A stretch of DNA of 64,000 bases from Podarcis liolepis (lineage: Eukaryota): assembly GCA_965112155.1 (NCBI GenBank), contig OZ218098.1; one strand, given 5' to 3'. The notes below the pieces were generated by a model, which saw nothing but the letters and a program-made list of their open reading frames with translations, did no database searches and was not told the DNA's origin. The stretch's first letter is position 1. Each line of letters starts with the position of its first letter. Shown here one piece after another: positions 24,059 through 37,269 of the stretch. The translations under genes and the position numbers were made by a program.

Positions 24059-27000
24059 ATCAAGACATTTTCCCATCTGGGATATGAACAGATCTGATCT
24101 ATCTTTCACACTCTAGATTACTGGCATAGTGTGTGTGAAACATTTTGGACCCTCTAAATTTCTATATTAATGAATTAAGCTTTCCCTATTATTATCATGT
24201 TATTATTTACAGAATTCATAGCAGAATTCACATTAACAATTTCCCAAGTCTGCCTTTTGCTCCATCTATGTGTGCATCCATTGAGCAGCAGAGCCATCTA
24301 GTCACAGCGGGAGTAAGACGGGGATGGGGGGATATATGTTCACTGGATGCACATCTGTCCAACACCCAAACCTTTATGTGGATTCGGCCCATGAGGTCTC
24401 AAAGTGAGCAATGCCAGTGCCAAAACCCTTGAATTCTCAGGTGAAACCACAAGTATCAAAAGCTGTTTATTATGAAACAGAAGACTACAGAGGTGCATGC
24501 TAGCATTCAGAAAAATAAACAGAAAAATATGTATTCACTTTTACCGTGGTTGGTAGTTACGGGTTGTTGTTTTTTTAAAAAAGAAATGTCATTATTTATT
24601 TGAACTTTAACTGATCGATCCACCAGGCAAATGATTTATTCTAGTTTTAAACCCCTGCCCTTCCTTCAAGGAACTCAGGGTGGCAGCGTGTGGCTCACAC
24701 CCCACACCCCTGCCACACTTTATCCTCACAACTACAAGCCTGTAAAGTAGATTAGACTAAGAGATAACTCCTGTGCAGGAGTGAAAACCTGGGCAATGTA
24801 AACATGTAAGGGGAAATACTGGCAGAAGCTGCTGTTGAGCTGCCCCCCTGACAGCAGTGTCACTGCCCCTTACCTGGATGGTGGGGGGAGGTGCAGGGTA
24901 GGTGGGGCGCTGTGGTTGGGGCGGCACAAGAAATCAATCCTCACTGTGTCCTGCCCCAAGTGGCAGCCACACTGCTGTTGGGGAGGTGGCTTTGCAGCCC
25001 CTTCATGGCAGCTTATTCTGTGTACTTGGCCTGGCTCTCTCTAATATTTTATTGGGGGAGGGGCAAAGGTACCTCGACCCCTAGGAGTTGGCTCCTATGC
25101 TTCCTCAGTCACCATTACCAAGTTGGAAGGCAAATGAAATGATGGGGAGGGGAGTGAAGCCAGCACCCTTGCCTCTGCTGCTCCTCTTCACATGGTCACA
25201 TTCACCCTACTTGTAAAGTCTACATCTGCAGATGTGGTTTGCAGCTGATTTCTCCATAGGCATCAAGTGGCAGCTTCTCTTTTCTCTCAATTGGCAGCTT
25301 GAGGGCTCACAGACTTTGGCCCAATATATAGCAAGACAAGGCAATCTCTGGCAGGGGTGGGGAATCTCAGAGCTCTCCATCTGGCCCTTGGAACTCTCTC
25401 CAGGCCATACTCTCAGTGCCCCCTCCCCGTATTTTTACCCAGCTGGAATGTGTCCTTGGAGATGTGGGGGGAAGAAGTGTTCTGCTCTCCATTCCCTCCT
25501 GTTCTAAAAATAATATATATATACAAATAAGGGTGACATGCGATTAAGCAGTTGTTAAATGTCCCCCCCTACCTTTTTGTGCCACGTCTCTCCATCTCTG
25601 TAAAGCTCTCCCCAGGACAGTATGTCTGGCTCTGACACCTTTTCAGCTCCAGGCTAAGGACTTTTGAATGCACCCAAGTATTTGAATGTTCATAGTTGTT
25701 CCTTGCTTGCTTTTTAGATCTTTTTAGCTGCTTGCTGTTTTGTGGTGATTGCTTCTGATAATTTCATGGTGGGAAATATTTACTTGGGGGATGTTCAGTG
25801 TGGTCACTTTTCATGTGCGTCTTTAATATTTACTTGTTTGCTATGCAATTCACCTTGAGACCTTTGGATGTAAGATGAATCGTGAATAAAGTAATAATAA
25901 TAAGAAATCGGGTAAATAATGCTTTCCAGTTTGCTTGGGTGGAGAATAGAGAGGGTGTGTGAGAGAGAGGGTGTAGAAAAGTAGTCTACTGTACAAAGGT
26001 AAGCTTTACATTTGTTGCCCCGCCTACTTTTGCCTCTTGCCCCACCCATCTCTGCCATGTGGTTGCCCATAAGGTTGCCCAGAAGAGAATGTGGCCCTCA
26101 AGCTGAAATAGGTTCCCTACCCCTGGACTAAAGGAAGTTTAAAGCTAACACTATCTATCTGCATTCTGATTAATGACTGTAAACTTCAAAAAGCCTTTCA
26201 GGCCAACAATCTCATTTCTTAATGCTTAAGAATGGCAGCAGACATGCAGATATTTCTCAAACCCTCAACAGGGATTTGAAGCACATTAAAGGTGCTTGAG
26301 TGTCATAAATGTAGGTACAAATAATGCTAATAAAAATACATTTTGTAAACAAACCCATCCATTTCCCCCCAGGCTATTTCATTACCATGATGGGAACTGA
26401 TAATTTTTAAAGGTTTCAGAAAGCTCTGGTTATCCTACAGCACCTACCGAATAGTCAAGGCCTCATAAGGAACACCATCTAGAGCCCAGACTCCTATGAG
26501 GCAGGAGCAGCCATTGACCAGCAAGCCCGTCCTCCACTCTGTCCATCTACCCAGAACAGACAAGTCCTAGCTATCTAATGATTAAAGAGCAGGGCTGTGT
26601 AACTGAATGACACATGGGGCAATTTGTCTATTAATTAAAATATTCCTAAACTGCCCTATATCTGTTGATATTAGAGCAGGATACAGCAATAACGTAACTA
26701 ATGAACCCTGTACCTGTATGTGTGAATATGGAAAAGCTAAGGCTGTATATACACGTGTACCTAGAAGGATCCATGGACCCCGTTTGCAAGATTCTTTGTT
26801 TACACGAGGACGCATACGAACAGGTTGTACGTAACTGGCCAGATGATGGTGATGTGTTTGCGAGCCTTGAGCTATCGGATTGCAGAGCTGTGCGTGCATT
26901 TGTGTGGTCATTTGCAACCGTGTCAGTAGGTGCTGCAGTTGTGTTTCGGCCACACACAGTGATGCAGCTGCATGCCCGGGCTGGAAAGTCCGGCGGATAG

Positions 27001-27069
27001 TTAGCAAAAAAGATACATGGAGTGAGTCTGCAGCTTATAAATAATCTATGCAAATAGTGTTTGTGACTC

Positions 27070-28301
27070 CTGGGTGTTGCGCCTGTTTTGCGCGAACGTG
27101 TTGTGCGCCCATTTCTCCTGATACGCACCCTGCTGTGTGCATGGCGATGCGCGCCTGTGCGCGTGTTCTCAGCGTTGGGCTGTGCACGTGTGGGCGTGCA
27201 TGCAGCGTTGGAGCCGTTACTTCTGCAAAGGAGGTGGGCGCGCAAGTGTGGCCGGGGTTGCACGGGATGGCTGTGCGCGTCTCTGCAGATGCGTGCGTGT
27301 GTGTGCGAGGGTGCATGTCTCAGGGTGTGCGGTTGGCACACGCTTCCCAGCCCGTCCTTTTCCCGCCTGCCCGCCCGAGGGCTCCTGCACGGGCGTGTCG
27401 GGACTCGGGCTTGGGGCGCTGGCTCGGCGGTTGCTCGCTGCGCGTGGAGAGCTCTTTGCTGCTTTCCCGTCCCGTCCAGGCCGAGAAGAATCCGCCTCCG
27501 CCGTGGTCGCCGGTCGCGGCGCGCTGCCTCGTGCGCCCTCCGCCCCGCGGCTCGGTCGCCAGCTGCCCCGGCGGGAGCAGCCGCGATGAGTGGAGGGGCG
27601 GGCTGCGGGGGCCGCACGTGCCCGCCGGGCCCGGCCTGACCCCACCCTTGCCCCCTCCCTTCCCCCCGGAGAAAGATTACCCTGCCCAGATAGAGCCGCT
27701 GCAGCCCCTGCTTGCAACTTCAGCAAGCCGGGTGGGGGGTTCAAAAGTTGCAAAGGAAAGAGGGTGTGTACATAAGACAGGGAGGCAGAGAGAGAGAGAG
27801 AGATCTTTGCCAGCCTCCTTCTTTTTCTTCCCAGCGCTCTCGGATGGGGGGTGGAGGAGGAGGAGGAGGACCTGCCCGCATGGAGCTCCGAGGACAACCG
27901 TGGAGCCCGTTGCTACCTTCACCGACGACGACTAACCCTCGACGCCTCTTCGAAAACCAGCTGCCCTGCTGAAGGAACGAGAAGGGTGGGGAAGAGAGAG
28001 GGAGAGAGAGAGAGAGAGAGAGAGAGGGCAGGCCCGAGGTGCTCGCTGCAGTTTGGGCTTGCAAATCTTTGCAACGAGCTGTCGAAAAAACAAAAACACC
28101 TCCCTCTCCAATCCAAGGCGATCAATGAGGTCCTAAAAGAGCAGGGGAAAGTGACAGGAATAGAGAGAAAGAGCGCAAATCGACAGCAGCAGCACCAGCA
28201 GCAGCAAGCAGCGAAGAGACAACCTACCCCCATCCCCACCCTACTAGCCCTTAAACAAGAAGAACCAGCTGGTAGACAGACTAAAACTTCCAGCAGCCAG
28301 G
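27070..28301 (+). promoter_or_regulatory. WNT10A: WNT10A CpG-island promoter and 5' leader
   Basis: Strong CpG island (~27070-27960) with GC boxes and CACGTG E-boxes, directly upstream of the signal-peptide exon. The TSS cannot be determined from sequence. Confidence 0.85.
27993..28026. repeat. (GA)n tract in the WNT10A 5' region
   Basis: Direct reading; a shorter (AG)n tract lies at ~27787-27803. Confidence 0.9.
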
Positions 28302-28363
28302 ATGGGACAAACTCTGCTTCTTTGGCTCTGCCCCCTGCTTCTCCTCAGTCTCTGGGGCCAAAG
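28302..28363 (+). CDS. WNT10A: Wnt-10a, coding exon 1 (signal peptide)
   Basis: ATG in strong Kozak context (AGGATGG) with an in-frame upstream TAG at 28245. Encodes hydrophobic MGQTLLLWLCPLLLLSLWGQ. Consensus donor AAG|GTAAGA at 28364 in phase 2, matching the exon 2 acceptor phase. Too short for the ORF track. Confidence 0.88.
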
Positions 28364-31094
28364 GTAAGACCGTCTCCTTTTGGTTTTCTCGGGCTTCCCC
28401 GCTTTCCAAACCCTCTCCACTCGCTGGCGAGGCCTTTACCACGCAGCCCGCAATTGACAGCCTTCCCCCGCTCCAATGCCCCCAGCATACGCACCATGCT
28501 AAGAGGAGATTAATTACATATCCCCTCCTAATGCAGCCCCTCGAAACCCCCAAGGGCTTGGAGGAGATGTCACTTGGGAGCCGTTTCTATAATTACAACT
28601 CTCCCAGGAATGCAGTGTCGAAGCAGATTTGTCTCTTTTACGAGTGGTTCTAGTCATCAGGATTATTTCACGCCTCCTCTCCCCCCCACCCCCCAGCACC
28701 TTATAATCCGGGCTGTCATCTCCCTCTACAGACATATTCTCTCACCCTGTCCGTAATGGTGAAATTCTTGCCAATGGGCATTTGCTTTGACATGAAAACA
28801 TTTTGGGGGAGAGCCTCCATTCCTCTGTCACTTTTTGAGTTCTGGGTTAGGGGTCTGTGCCTCTTCTCCTGGAAGTGGTGCTAGAGAAACTGAGGGAACG
28901 GGCTCCTGGATGTCTGCTCTCATTTACCAGTCACAATTCCCGCTTTGGAGCCGGGAATTTAAGAGTCCCAATGCCATGTATAGAGCAAAATCCATTGGTT
29001 TTATCCTCTGGGTAGGATTGACACTATCTACGACTAGAACAAAACACCAGTTTGCTTGAGGCAATGGGTAGCTCTTTTTGGTCACGCTGAATTCATTCAT
29101 TCGAGACTCTTAGAAATTTGGCAATCTTTTCTCTGAGAGGGCCTTACTCATTTTCCAGCACAGGATCCTTCTGGTGTGCAGGAGCAGGTGAAAATCTCTT
29201 TGTTTCCCAAAAGTCAGTTGTACTACACTTAGCTAAGCTTTAATAAAGAGTGTTGCATAGGATATAAACCCAGTAATCTGTCCTGCTCTGTGTTATCATA
29301 GGTTGTGTTCTATTACGATGGTAAGTCTATTAGGGACCTCACTTTTTTCTCTTCTTTCTTGATTGGGTAACCTGTTAGGGTGCATTGGATCCTTCTGTAG
29401 TCCCAAGATTTCAGCTGAATGGCTTTTGGTTTCATTGCAGCTACCCAATTTAGCAATTTTATGGGGGAGTGCTGCAGAACCAACCAACCCCCCCCCCAAT
29501 TATCTGACTGGAGTTTAAGCACATGGTTTGAGTTCTAAGTCTGGGCGTGAGAAATTTTGTTCAAATCCCTGGCTTAGTCATGAAGATCACTGGGTGGCTT
29601 TGAGTTTCTATCCCATCTCGCTGTCCCTTTTACCTTCTGTATAGGTTTATATTGATGATCAACTGGGATTGCCCGTGTTGAGATTTTTGGGAATGGGAAA
29701 ATGCGTATGTGGGAATAGAAAGTGAATAAATAATTAGCCACAAGGAGCAGCATTAGTACTGAAAATGTGTTAACCCAAAATAGGTTTAACAGTGAAGTTG
29801 TCAGCAGAAAATGACCATCCATTCATAGAAGAAGAGGAAACTTGGAGGATATAATCACCAATATCTATTCTAGCAATGGGAAGGAAGCAGCGTTCAAAGC
29901 ATGTGGGATGGGTGATCATTACCGTTCCAGTTTAGGGAGAGAATTTGGGGTCTAGTGGAGAAACTGGATTCCTGTGTTCACTTCTGAAGTCCTGGCTGTT
30001 GTATCATTCTGTGGGATTAGCAGCCACATTGTTCCTTTTTGTGAATCATTTAAACAGGAGAAAAATGTTTACGTACTTTGTGTTTTTCAAAGACCCCGTG
30101 GGGTTGGAAGCATTTTCTCATATATACACATGCCTATATAAAAGGGTGGGGGGAGGTGATGATTTCATTAATTAATCAATCAATCAGCATCATGTTTGGA
30201 AAAGGCTTGGGGATGCTTGGATGAAAGGCATGCGCCAAGGCATGCAGAAGGCTGCTCTCATTAGGGAGAAATGCCGCGCTGTTCTGAGCTGCCTTGTTAT
30301 GAAAGACACACAATGTCTTAATCGTTTTCTTCGAAGGGCAGGTCCCTTCCTTGAGGGCTAGAGCCTGATCCGTGCCAAAGAGCAGAAACGCCTCCCCTCT
30401 GAGTTTGGGGCCTGGTTGTTTTGGGGCTCAGAGTGAGCCTTGCATTTGGCACAGACTCTGACACCAGCTCTTCCTGGGAGCCCTTGGGTCAGTCCCTTCC
30501 CTCTTGGTAAATAATATGCAAGGTAACTGTCTCTCTCAGGCTCCTGTACATGGGTGCAAGGAAGGAGTCATCTCTTGGAATGGGTTTTGGGGGAAGTGAG
30601 CGCTTCCTAACACCCTGAGCCACACATCCCTCTGCACATGAGCGATCTTGCAAATTCTGCTGTCAGCTGAGAGTAAGGCAGTGGATACTAGATTTCTGGT
30701 TGTGATGTCAGATTTCAAAAGGAAATACTACTCCTTATCAAGAGGCTGTGGTTAGAAGGGCCACAGACACAAAGTAGAAACAGAGCATGTTTTAACACTG
30801 CAGCGGACTGGCCTCATAACTATCAGACTGTCATACCCAGTTAAAGCTGGTGGGGACATCTAGGATACAGTCACTTCCCTCCTGGGAGTGTGAATTGGTA
30901 AGAATAAGTTCATTGCTCATTTTTGTTTAGCCTTAGTCCTGCTCTCTCTTAGATATCAGATTACCATGCTACATTTGGGTGGGGGGGCACATAGGAGGTA
31001 CAACCAGTGAAATAAGGGAATAATGAATGGATTATAGTAGCCTTTCCCAGTCTTGTGTTTGGGACCACAACTCCCATAATTCCATGTTGGCGGG

Positions 31095-31404
31095 GGGCTT
31101 ATGGCTCCAATAATGACAGGAGGACAAACTTACTTTTCCTATGCGCTTTCCGGGCACTGCCTGCTCTTTAAATCTCTGTGTCCGAGCACATTTTTTTTGC
31201 TCTTGAGCTTTCCCCATGGAAACCTGCTCTTTACAGCTGAATTGGAGCAAACGGCAGTCCACGGAAAACACAAATTGATGTTTGTTGTGCATTGGTTTTA
31301 AAGAGCGGGTTTTTGCAGGGAAAGAAGAGCTCTTGGATATGGAGCGCTAAAGTTTGGGCCTGTGCCTGGAAAGCATAGGGCAAAAGGTAAGTGTGCATAA
31401 GCCC
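31095..31404. mobile_element. Foldback MITE, same family, more degenerate
   Basis: Right TIR AAAAGGTAAGTGTGCATAAGCCC; interior similar to 37270-37567; left TIR disrupted. Confidence 0.7.
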
Positions 31405-32094
31405 CAGGTTGAAGGGAGGCCTGCTCTGAGAGCACATCCAGTCTGGGTGCTTGTAAATAGTCAAATGCACCTGATTCAGATTAAAACGTGGATACTTTTT
31501 AAAAATTGTTACTTGCTGTCATTTGCCTTGGGAACAGGGTGAATTGTCCAGTCTTTGCCCGCTTTTTCTTTTTCCTGATAGAGTTTTTCTGCTGTGCCAG
31601 CAGAGGCAGTGAAAAGCAGAAATGCCTCAGAACTTTTCCTTATGATGGCAGCGCTGTGCTGGGAATTCACCTGCTGCATTTCTGCCTTTTGCCACACAGG
31701 TGTTGAAGGTAGAAAATAATTTGGCATCTCTGCCAGCCGTTACAGTCTGCAGCCCAGAGGCAATGATCAAGGCTTGGGAGCCTACATGTTGCTAGAGCTT
31801 GTGAGGGAGGTGGTGGTGGGGAAGACCTTCTCCTAAACACCTCGAGGCTCTAGTCTACTGTCTCGGATGAATACAGGTGGTCAAATCACATGTTCTCAAA
31901 CAAACTTCTGATTTTGTTTTGTGGTGATGCTGGAACATTTCCCATTTATTTTGAATTGTGGGGAAGCTACGACACCTGTTTGAACTTTAGGTCACCTCAA
32001 GAAGTGGAAGACTCAGGCTTGTCTGTGCATAATTAGCCTGGAAAAGAGGAAACTGAGAAGAGATAGGATAGCCATCTTCCAGTATCTTCTTGTT

Positions 32095-32175
32095 TTAGCT
32101 GAGATTCCTGCCTTGCAGGGGGTTGGACTAGATGATCCTCAGGGATCCCTTCCAACGCCACGATTCTATGATTCT
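32095..32175 (+). mobile_element. CR1-type 3' end fragment
   Basis: GGGTTGGACTAGATGATCCTC...CCCTTCCAAC...GATTCTATGATTCT. A similar minus-strand fragment lies at ~34757-34830. Confidence 0.75.
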
Positions 32176-34254
32176 GTACCTTTAAAGCACATTGGAAACA
32201 CATTTTCCACCCTTTAGGATTTTGGGCACTGTAGTTTATCTCTCCAGTAATCCTTAAGAAACGACAGTGCCCAAATTTCCTTGTGGGAAGAAATGTCATT
32301 TGAATGTACTTGAAGCGCGTAATGTGCACTCAGCCTCCTGTTTCTTAAGGTTACCTCAGTTCAAACAGGTATTATGGCTCCCTCTCTCCTTCCCCCATTT
32401 TGGGATAAATGGGAAATGTTCCTCATTTCATCATTGTGTGCTACTATCTGCCTCCTGATTGAATCTCCCCCCATCACAAAACATTTGTGTTGAGAGTCTG
32501 GGGAAGGGTTAATAATTATATATACTTCCTTCCCCCTCCCATCTCCATTTTGCTTTGTTTTGTTTGTAATAGTTATTTTTGGGTTGGTTTTTTTTCCTCT
32601 CCACCCCCTACTGCCACCCCTCCCAAAAATATAATTTATTACCGTTGGAACTTGTATTAATTAAAGCAGTAGCAACCACAGCCTGTGACCTGCGGGCCTT
32701 TCACTGTGAAATCGTGTTTCAACTCATTTAGTGCTATAGAGTGAGAGGGTGGGGGGAGCACAGGTCAATCAGATTCAAAGAGCAGACATGGTAAACTGCC
32801 CTTCTCAACACTTCCATCTTTCCTCTCCCCAAACTCTGTGGGTCTTTTTGCAGGGATCCACCCCACCCCCCATAAAAGTCCTTGTGCTTTTTGGGCCAGA
32901 CAAGAACATGTGCACGTGGTGTGTATGTGTTGTAATGCCTATTTGGGGAGGGAGAATGAAGAAAGGGGGATTAAGGAAGTCTTGCTTCTGCGGGGGTGGG
33001 GATGATCTCCGCAGGGGCGTAAGAGCGATGTCAGTGTATATGTCGGTTATTTGGATGGCAGGATGTGAGGGGGAGGAAAGGACACCGGTTTGGGTGAGAC
33101 TTGGATAGCACAAGAAACTTGCCTGCCAAATGGGATAAGTGAAAAAGCCTATAGTCAGTTCCTAAGACTGACAGACACTTGCTTCTCAACACTAAAACAG
33201 TGGAAGGATGCTTAAGGCTAGGGTAAGTGGGGAATGATAGTGGCAGTGGCGGATCTTGGGGTCTCAAAGTTCAGCAGCACCCCATGTGATACTAAAATTC
33301 AGCACCCCTCAACCTCTTAACTAAATCATAGTTAAGATGCCCCCTGGGGCCCGGAGGCTCTGTCCCCAGTGCGATTGAACCAGTCATGCTCCCCTCTATC
33401 TGACAGTGGGTTGGGCTCTCAGAATCCAACCCAACCATCCCTTGGCCATCACGAGCCACCCCAAGTGAGTGGAATAGGTTCTGTTCAATGAAGTGCTTGG
33501 CACTCTCCACCAGGATGTAGCTGCAAAGGGAGAGAGAAGGCCTGTTGCACTTAATCCATGGGGAATTTGCCAATGTCCCAGGTGAAGGTCTGGAAAAATG
33601 CATTTCAGATCTATTATAAGAAACACTTAGAGGAGAACTGAGGCACAGTGGCATGTAAGGCAAACCACTGGGTGGGGGTGGGGGTGGGGGGGGCGAGAGA
33701 GAGAATTGGTTATGTACATGCAAGGATGAATGTCTACAGAGTGTGTTTCTGCTTAGTATCTGCTTATGCAATTGTATGGATAGAACAGACAATGTGATGG
33801 ACTTGTTGTCGGCATCCCTCTGTCTTGAGAGACAATGGATTGTGTCTCCAGGGGGGTGAAGCCAGGGGGCAAGCAGCACTGAAGTGACCTTCCTGGGCCA
33901 CAAGCCTAGGTAGTGTGTAGGGAGGTCCTGGGCTGCCCAGACAACAAGACCCGCTCACCGATGTGGCCGAAACGAAAGCAGAGCAATATGTTTGGCACCA
34001 GCTTGGCTGCAGGAGTTGCCGGTAAGGAGGCATACTGTATGTATATGTGTGTGTATTTTATGTGGGTGAGGGGTGTGTGTGTGTGTGTGTGTGCGCAAGC
34101 AAGCAGTGTTGGACTGTGGTTGTGTGGGTGTATGGTGAGTGAGGAGCTTGAGTTCACGATTCTAACAGGTCTTTGCAAATGCACCTACTTTCTGATCTTG
34201 TGTTTGCTCTTACAGTGTTCTGCGGTTCCCACATTACAGATGTGTTAAAGGGCC

Positions 34255-34476
34255 AGAGGGTCCAGTGATGTAGTGGTTAGAGTGTCTTACTAGGATATGA
34301 GAGACCAGGGTTCAGACCCCTACTTGTCCATGAAGCTCACTGGGTGACCTTGGGCCAGTCACTGCTGCTCAGCCTTCACAGGGTTGTTGTGGGGATTAAA
34401 TGAGGAAGGGAAGAACCTTGTACAACAACTAGAGCTCCATGGAAAAAAGGTGGGATATAAATGCATGAAATAAGTA
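34255..34476 (+). mobile_element. tRNA-derived squamate SINE (Squam3/MIR-like)
   Basis: A-box-like TGTAGTGGTTAG, B-box-like GGTTCAGACCC, CTGGGTGACCTTGGGCCAGTCAC core and A-rich tail. Confidence 0.75.
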
Positions 34477-35979
34477 ATATACAGAGTTTGTGATAGGGAT
34501 GAGACTTGAACTTGGGACCCATGGACCGAAGTACAAATTTCTGTCCACTAGACCAAATGGATGAGCTTTTTATTACTTTGGGGTGAGGAAATATGGAGTG
34601 GAACATTCCCTGAGTAATATTCTCTGTGGGATGCTACATGCAGCCAGGAGTAGGAGCTGGAAGAGGCATAAACTGCCCCAATATATTTACAAAACTAGTG
34701 ACTGTTCTTAAGCGTGGTCAGATGTAAATAAGGTCCATGGATTTCAGGGATCTTTCATAGAATCTTAGAATTCTAGAGTTAGAAGGGACCACAAGGACCG
34801 TCTGGTCTAACCCCCAATGCAGGAATCTTTGCATAGATACATATAAGATTGTAGTCATAGCGTGGATTGGTTTCCATGGGACAACTAGTAATCATCCCAG
34901 GTTTTTCACAGTTCCCATGGCAGGAGGGTAAGCCTACATGGATGAAGTACAGATTCCAACCTGTGTTAATGATTGTCTCAGTACAGAAGCAGAGGATGTT
35001 AGCTTTTCCCAATTAGTTAAACAAGGGTGTGATCCTGTGTACATGGCGTCTGATGCCTGGTAATCAGATTTCAACACTATCTGAATGTGTTGGGGTGACA
35101 TATTGCAGATTTGCTACTGCATTTCCTTTTTATAAGACAGGAGGGTGGAGCTTATTTCGTGTGTGGTCCCGGGTAAAGTATGAAGTCAACCATTTGCCTT
35201 TTCTTGGCAGCTTAGCCTCAGGTCTCCTTAAGTCACAGTACACTGGTTTGATATATGTTGAATCTTGACTGTTGCAATAAATGAGACCTGACTATGTCTG
35301 AAGAAAAACGTCATCGGGCTGCTGTTAAAAATCTTGAGCAGGTCAAAAGGTATCTGCTTTTCTATTTGGTGCCTCCTGCTCTGTGAGAGCGACACACCTA
35401 TGATACCTGGTAGACCAGCACCATGGGGGATTCTTCACCTGCATATCCTTAACAGTGCTTACAAATCAAGGAAGAGGTGGGGAAGGGTTGAAAGAATGTT
35501 AAGTTGTTTAGCACCACCGTAGGCGTTGGAGTCATATAAAAAAAGAGCGATCCTGTACTTCAGCTTTTCTGGCTGCTAAGACATAGGATTTGGCAGAACT
35601 CCTGCCGTGTTGACAAAACAGGAGATATATTGACAGAGTATTGCAAATCTGCTCTGCCAGTGAGACTGTGCTGGTGGAAGTACTGAAACGGAGTTGTGGG
35701 CAGGATGGGGTTGGCACAGGGGAGGAGCAAGCTTGCACTGTTTCCTCAAGACTATGATCACACCCCTATTGATGGTGGAACTTTACATCCCACAGACCTG
35801 GAGTAAGAAATCTCCCTCCTATTAACTAATGGGAGGGGTTTTTGGTTTCTGTTTTTTAAGCTGCCCGGATACTCATGGCCACCCCATCATGTTGTCACAG
35901 TGGAGCATAAGATATGGATATATATGCCACAGCCAGTACAGGCACCTCATCTTGGGACTTCAGACACCAACTTCCAGCA

Positions 35980-36143
35980 CATGGGTGTAGCCGGGTGGGG
36001 TGGGGTGGGGTGCAGCTGTCTCTCTAAATCAAGTAAATGAATACAAATACTGAACTAACTGACCAATTACATCAGAGATAATTTTATACCCCCCACCTAA
36101 CATAATGCCCGCCCCCCTAAAATAAAGCCTGGCTACGCCCGTG
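35980..36143. mobile_element. hAT-type MITE, same family as 5541-5707
   Basis: Termini CATGGGTGTAGCC / GGCTACGCCCGTG; flanks TTCCAGCA and ACCCAGCA (6/8 TSD match). Confidence 0.8.
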
Positions 36144-36597
36144 ACCCAGCAGTGACTTCTGCACCTGGGGAGGCCGGGAGACAGCAGTCCACACAGGTAA
36201 ACACAGGGAAAGGGGAGCAGGTTCTTTAACAGATAACTACTGCAACTGCCTCTCATATATCTGAGCTCTATTGCTGTTCCTCCCCAACAGTGAGGGGTGA
36301 TGTTTCCCCCATACAGGGAAGATGCCCACCCCCATATGCGGATAAGCCCACTGTTGGCAAAGGCTAGACACTCTACGCAACCAATGCCACTGCTGTTTCC
36401 AGGGATGCTGAGAGCATGACAGCTTTTCTTATGCTGTTCCGCAATTTTCTGCGTTTGTGTGTTTCCCTGGCCTCGGCAAGCCTAGGACGGGGGATATTCT
36501 GCTCTCAAAGTACCAGCAGCATATCTCCCACTCCCATGTACCTGGTGCATACAATTGCTCTGTAAGTGTCTTCACAGGAAGAAAGCATGGATTCATT

Positions 36598-36960
36598 AAA
36601 GGTAAGGGTACCCCTGCCCGTACGGGCCAGTCTTGTCAGACTCTAGGGTTGTGCGCTCATCTCACTCTAGAGGCCGGGAGCCGGCGCCGTCCACAGACAC
36701 TTCCGGTCACGTGGCCAGTGTGACATCGCTGCTCTGGCGAGCCTGCACCAGAGCAACACACGGAAACGCCGTTTACCTTCCCGCTATAAAGCGGTACCTA
36801 TTTATCTACCTACACTTTAAGGGTGCTTTCGAACTGCTAGGTGGGCAGGAGCTGGGACCGAAAGACAGGAGCTCACCCTGCCGCGGGGATTCAAACCACT
36901 GACCATACGATCGGCAAGTCCTAGGCACTGTGGTTTTACCCACAGCGCCACCCGCGTCCC
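36598..36960 (-). mobile_element. Full-length Sauria SINE
   Basis: Minus-strand tRNA-like head GGGACGCGGGTGGCGCTGTGGG... with B-box-like GGTTTGAATCC, characteristic body (CGGAAACGCCGTTTACCTTCCCG on +) and ACCTTT tail. CpGs are largely retained, suggesting a young copy. Confidence 0.9.
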
Positions 36961-37269
36961 GGAAATAAAGGATTGGCAGCTGGTTGGAAGTGGGGTACTC
37001 TCCATCATGCAGAGAACACACCTGTGCAGTGAATGGGAAACTAAGGTGGTGTACACATTATTGACATAAAACTCAGCTAGGCCATTCCTTTTCCTCAGTT
37101 CATAATGAAGCTGGCATGATGGGAAGATGCATCTAAAGGCAACATTTTCATAAGAAACAAAAGGATAGATAAAGGATAGATAGTGGATTGTAACTAATGC
37201 CATTTGTGTACTGCTTCCCAAATCAGCAAAATAATCCAGAATAAACGGAAGTGTGGTCTACAGCTCAAA

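Noticed and set aside
26646-27935. Long overlapping ORFs (323, 295, 226 and 183 aa) on both strands
   Set aside because: Low-complexity Arg/Ala/Pro/Gly sequences in several frames at once are expected from stop-codon scarcity in a CpG island; no recognisable domain.
27851-28513. 220-aa ORF with poly-E, (ER)n and poly-Q stretches
   Set aside because: It starts at GTG, its tracts come from GGA, GA and CAG microsatellites, and it runs out of frame across WNT10A exon 1 and through its donor site.
33670-33693. G-quadruplex-capable (GGGGT)n tract; another at ~35993-36010
   Set aside because: The motif is real but common in vertebrate introns; nothing here suggests a specific function.
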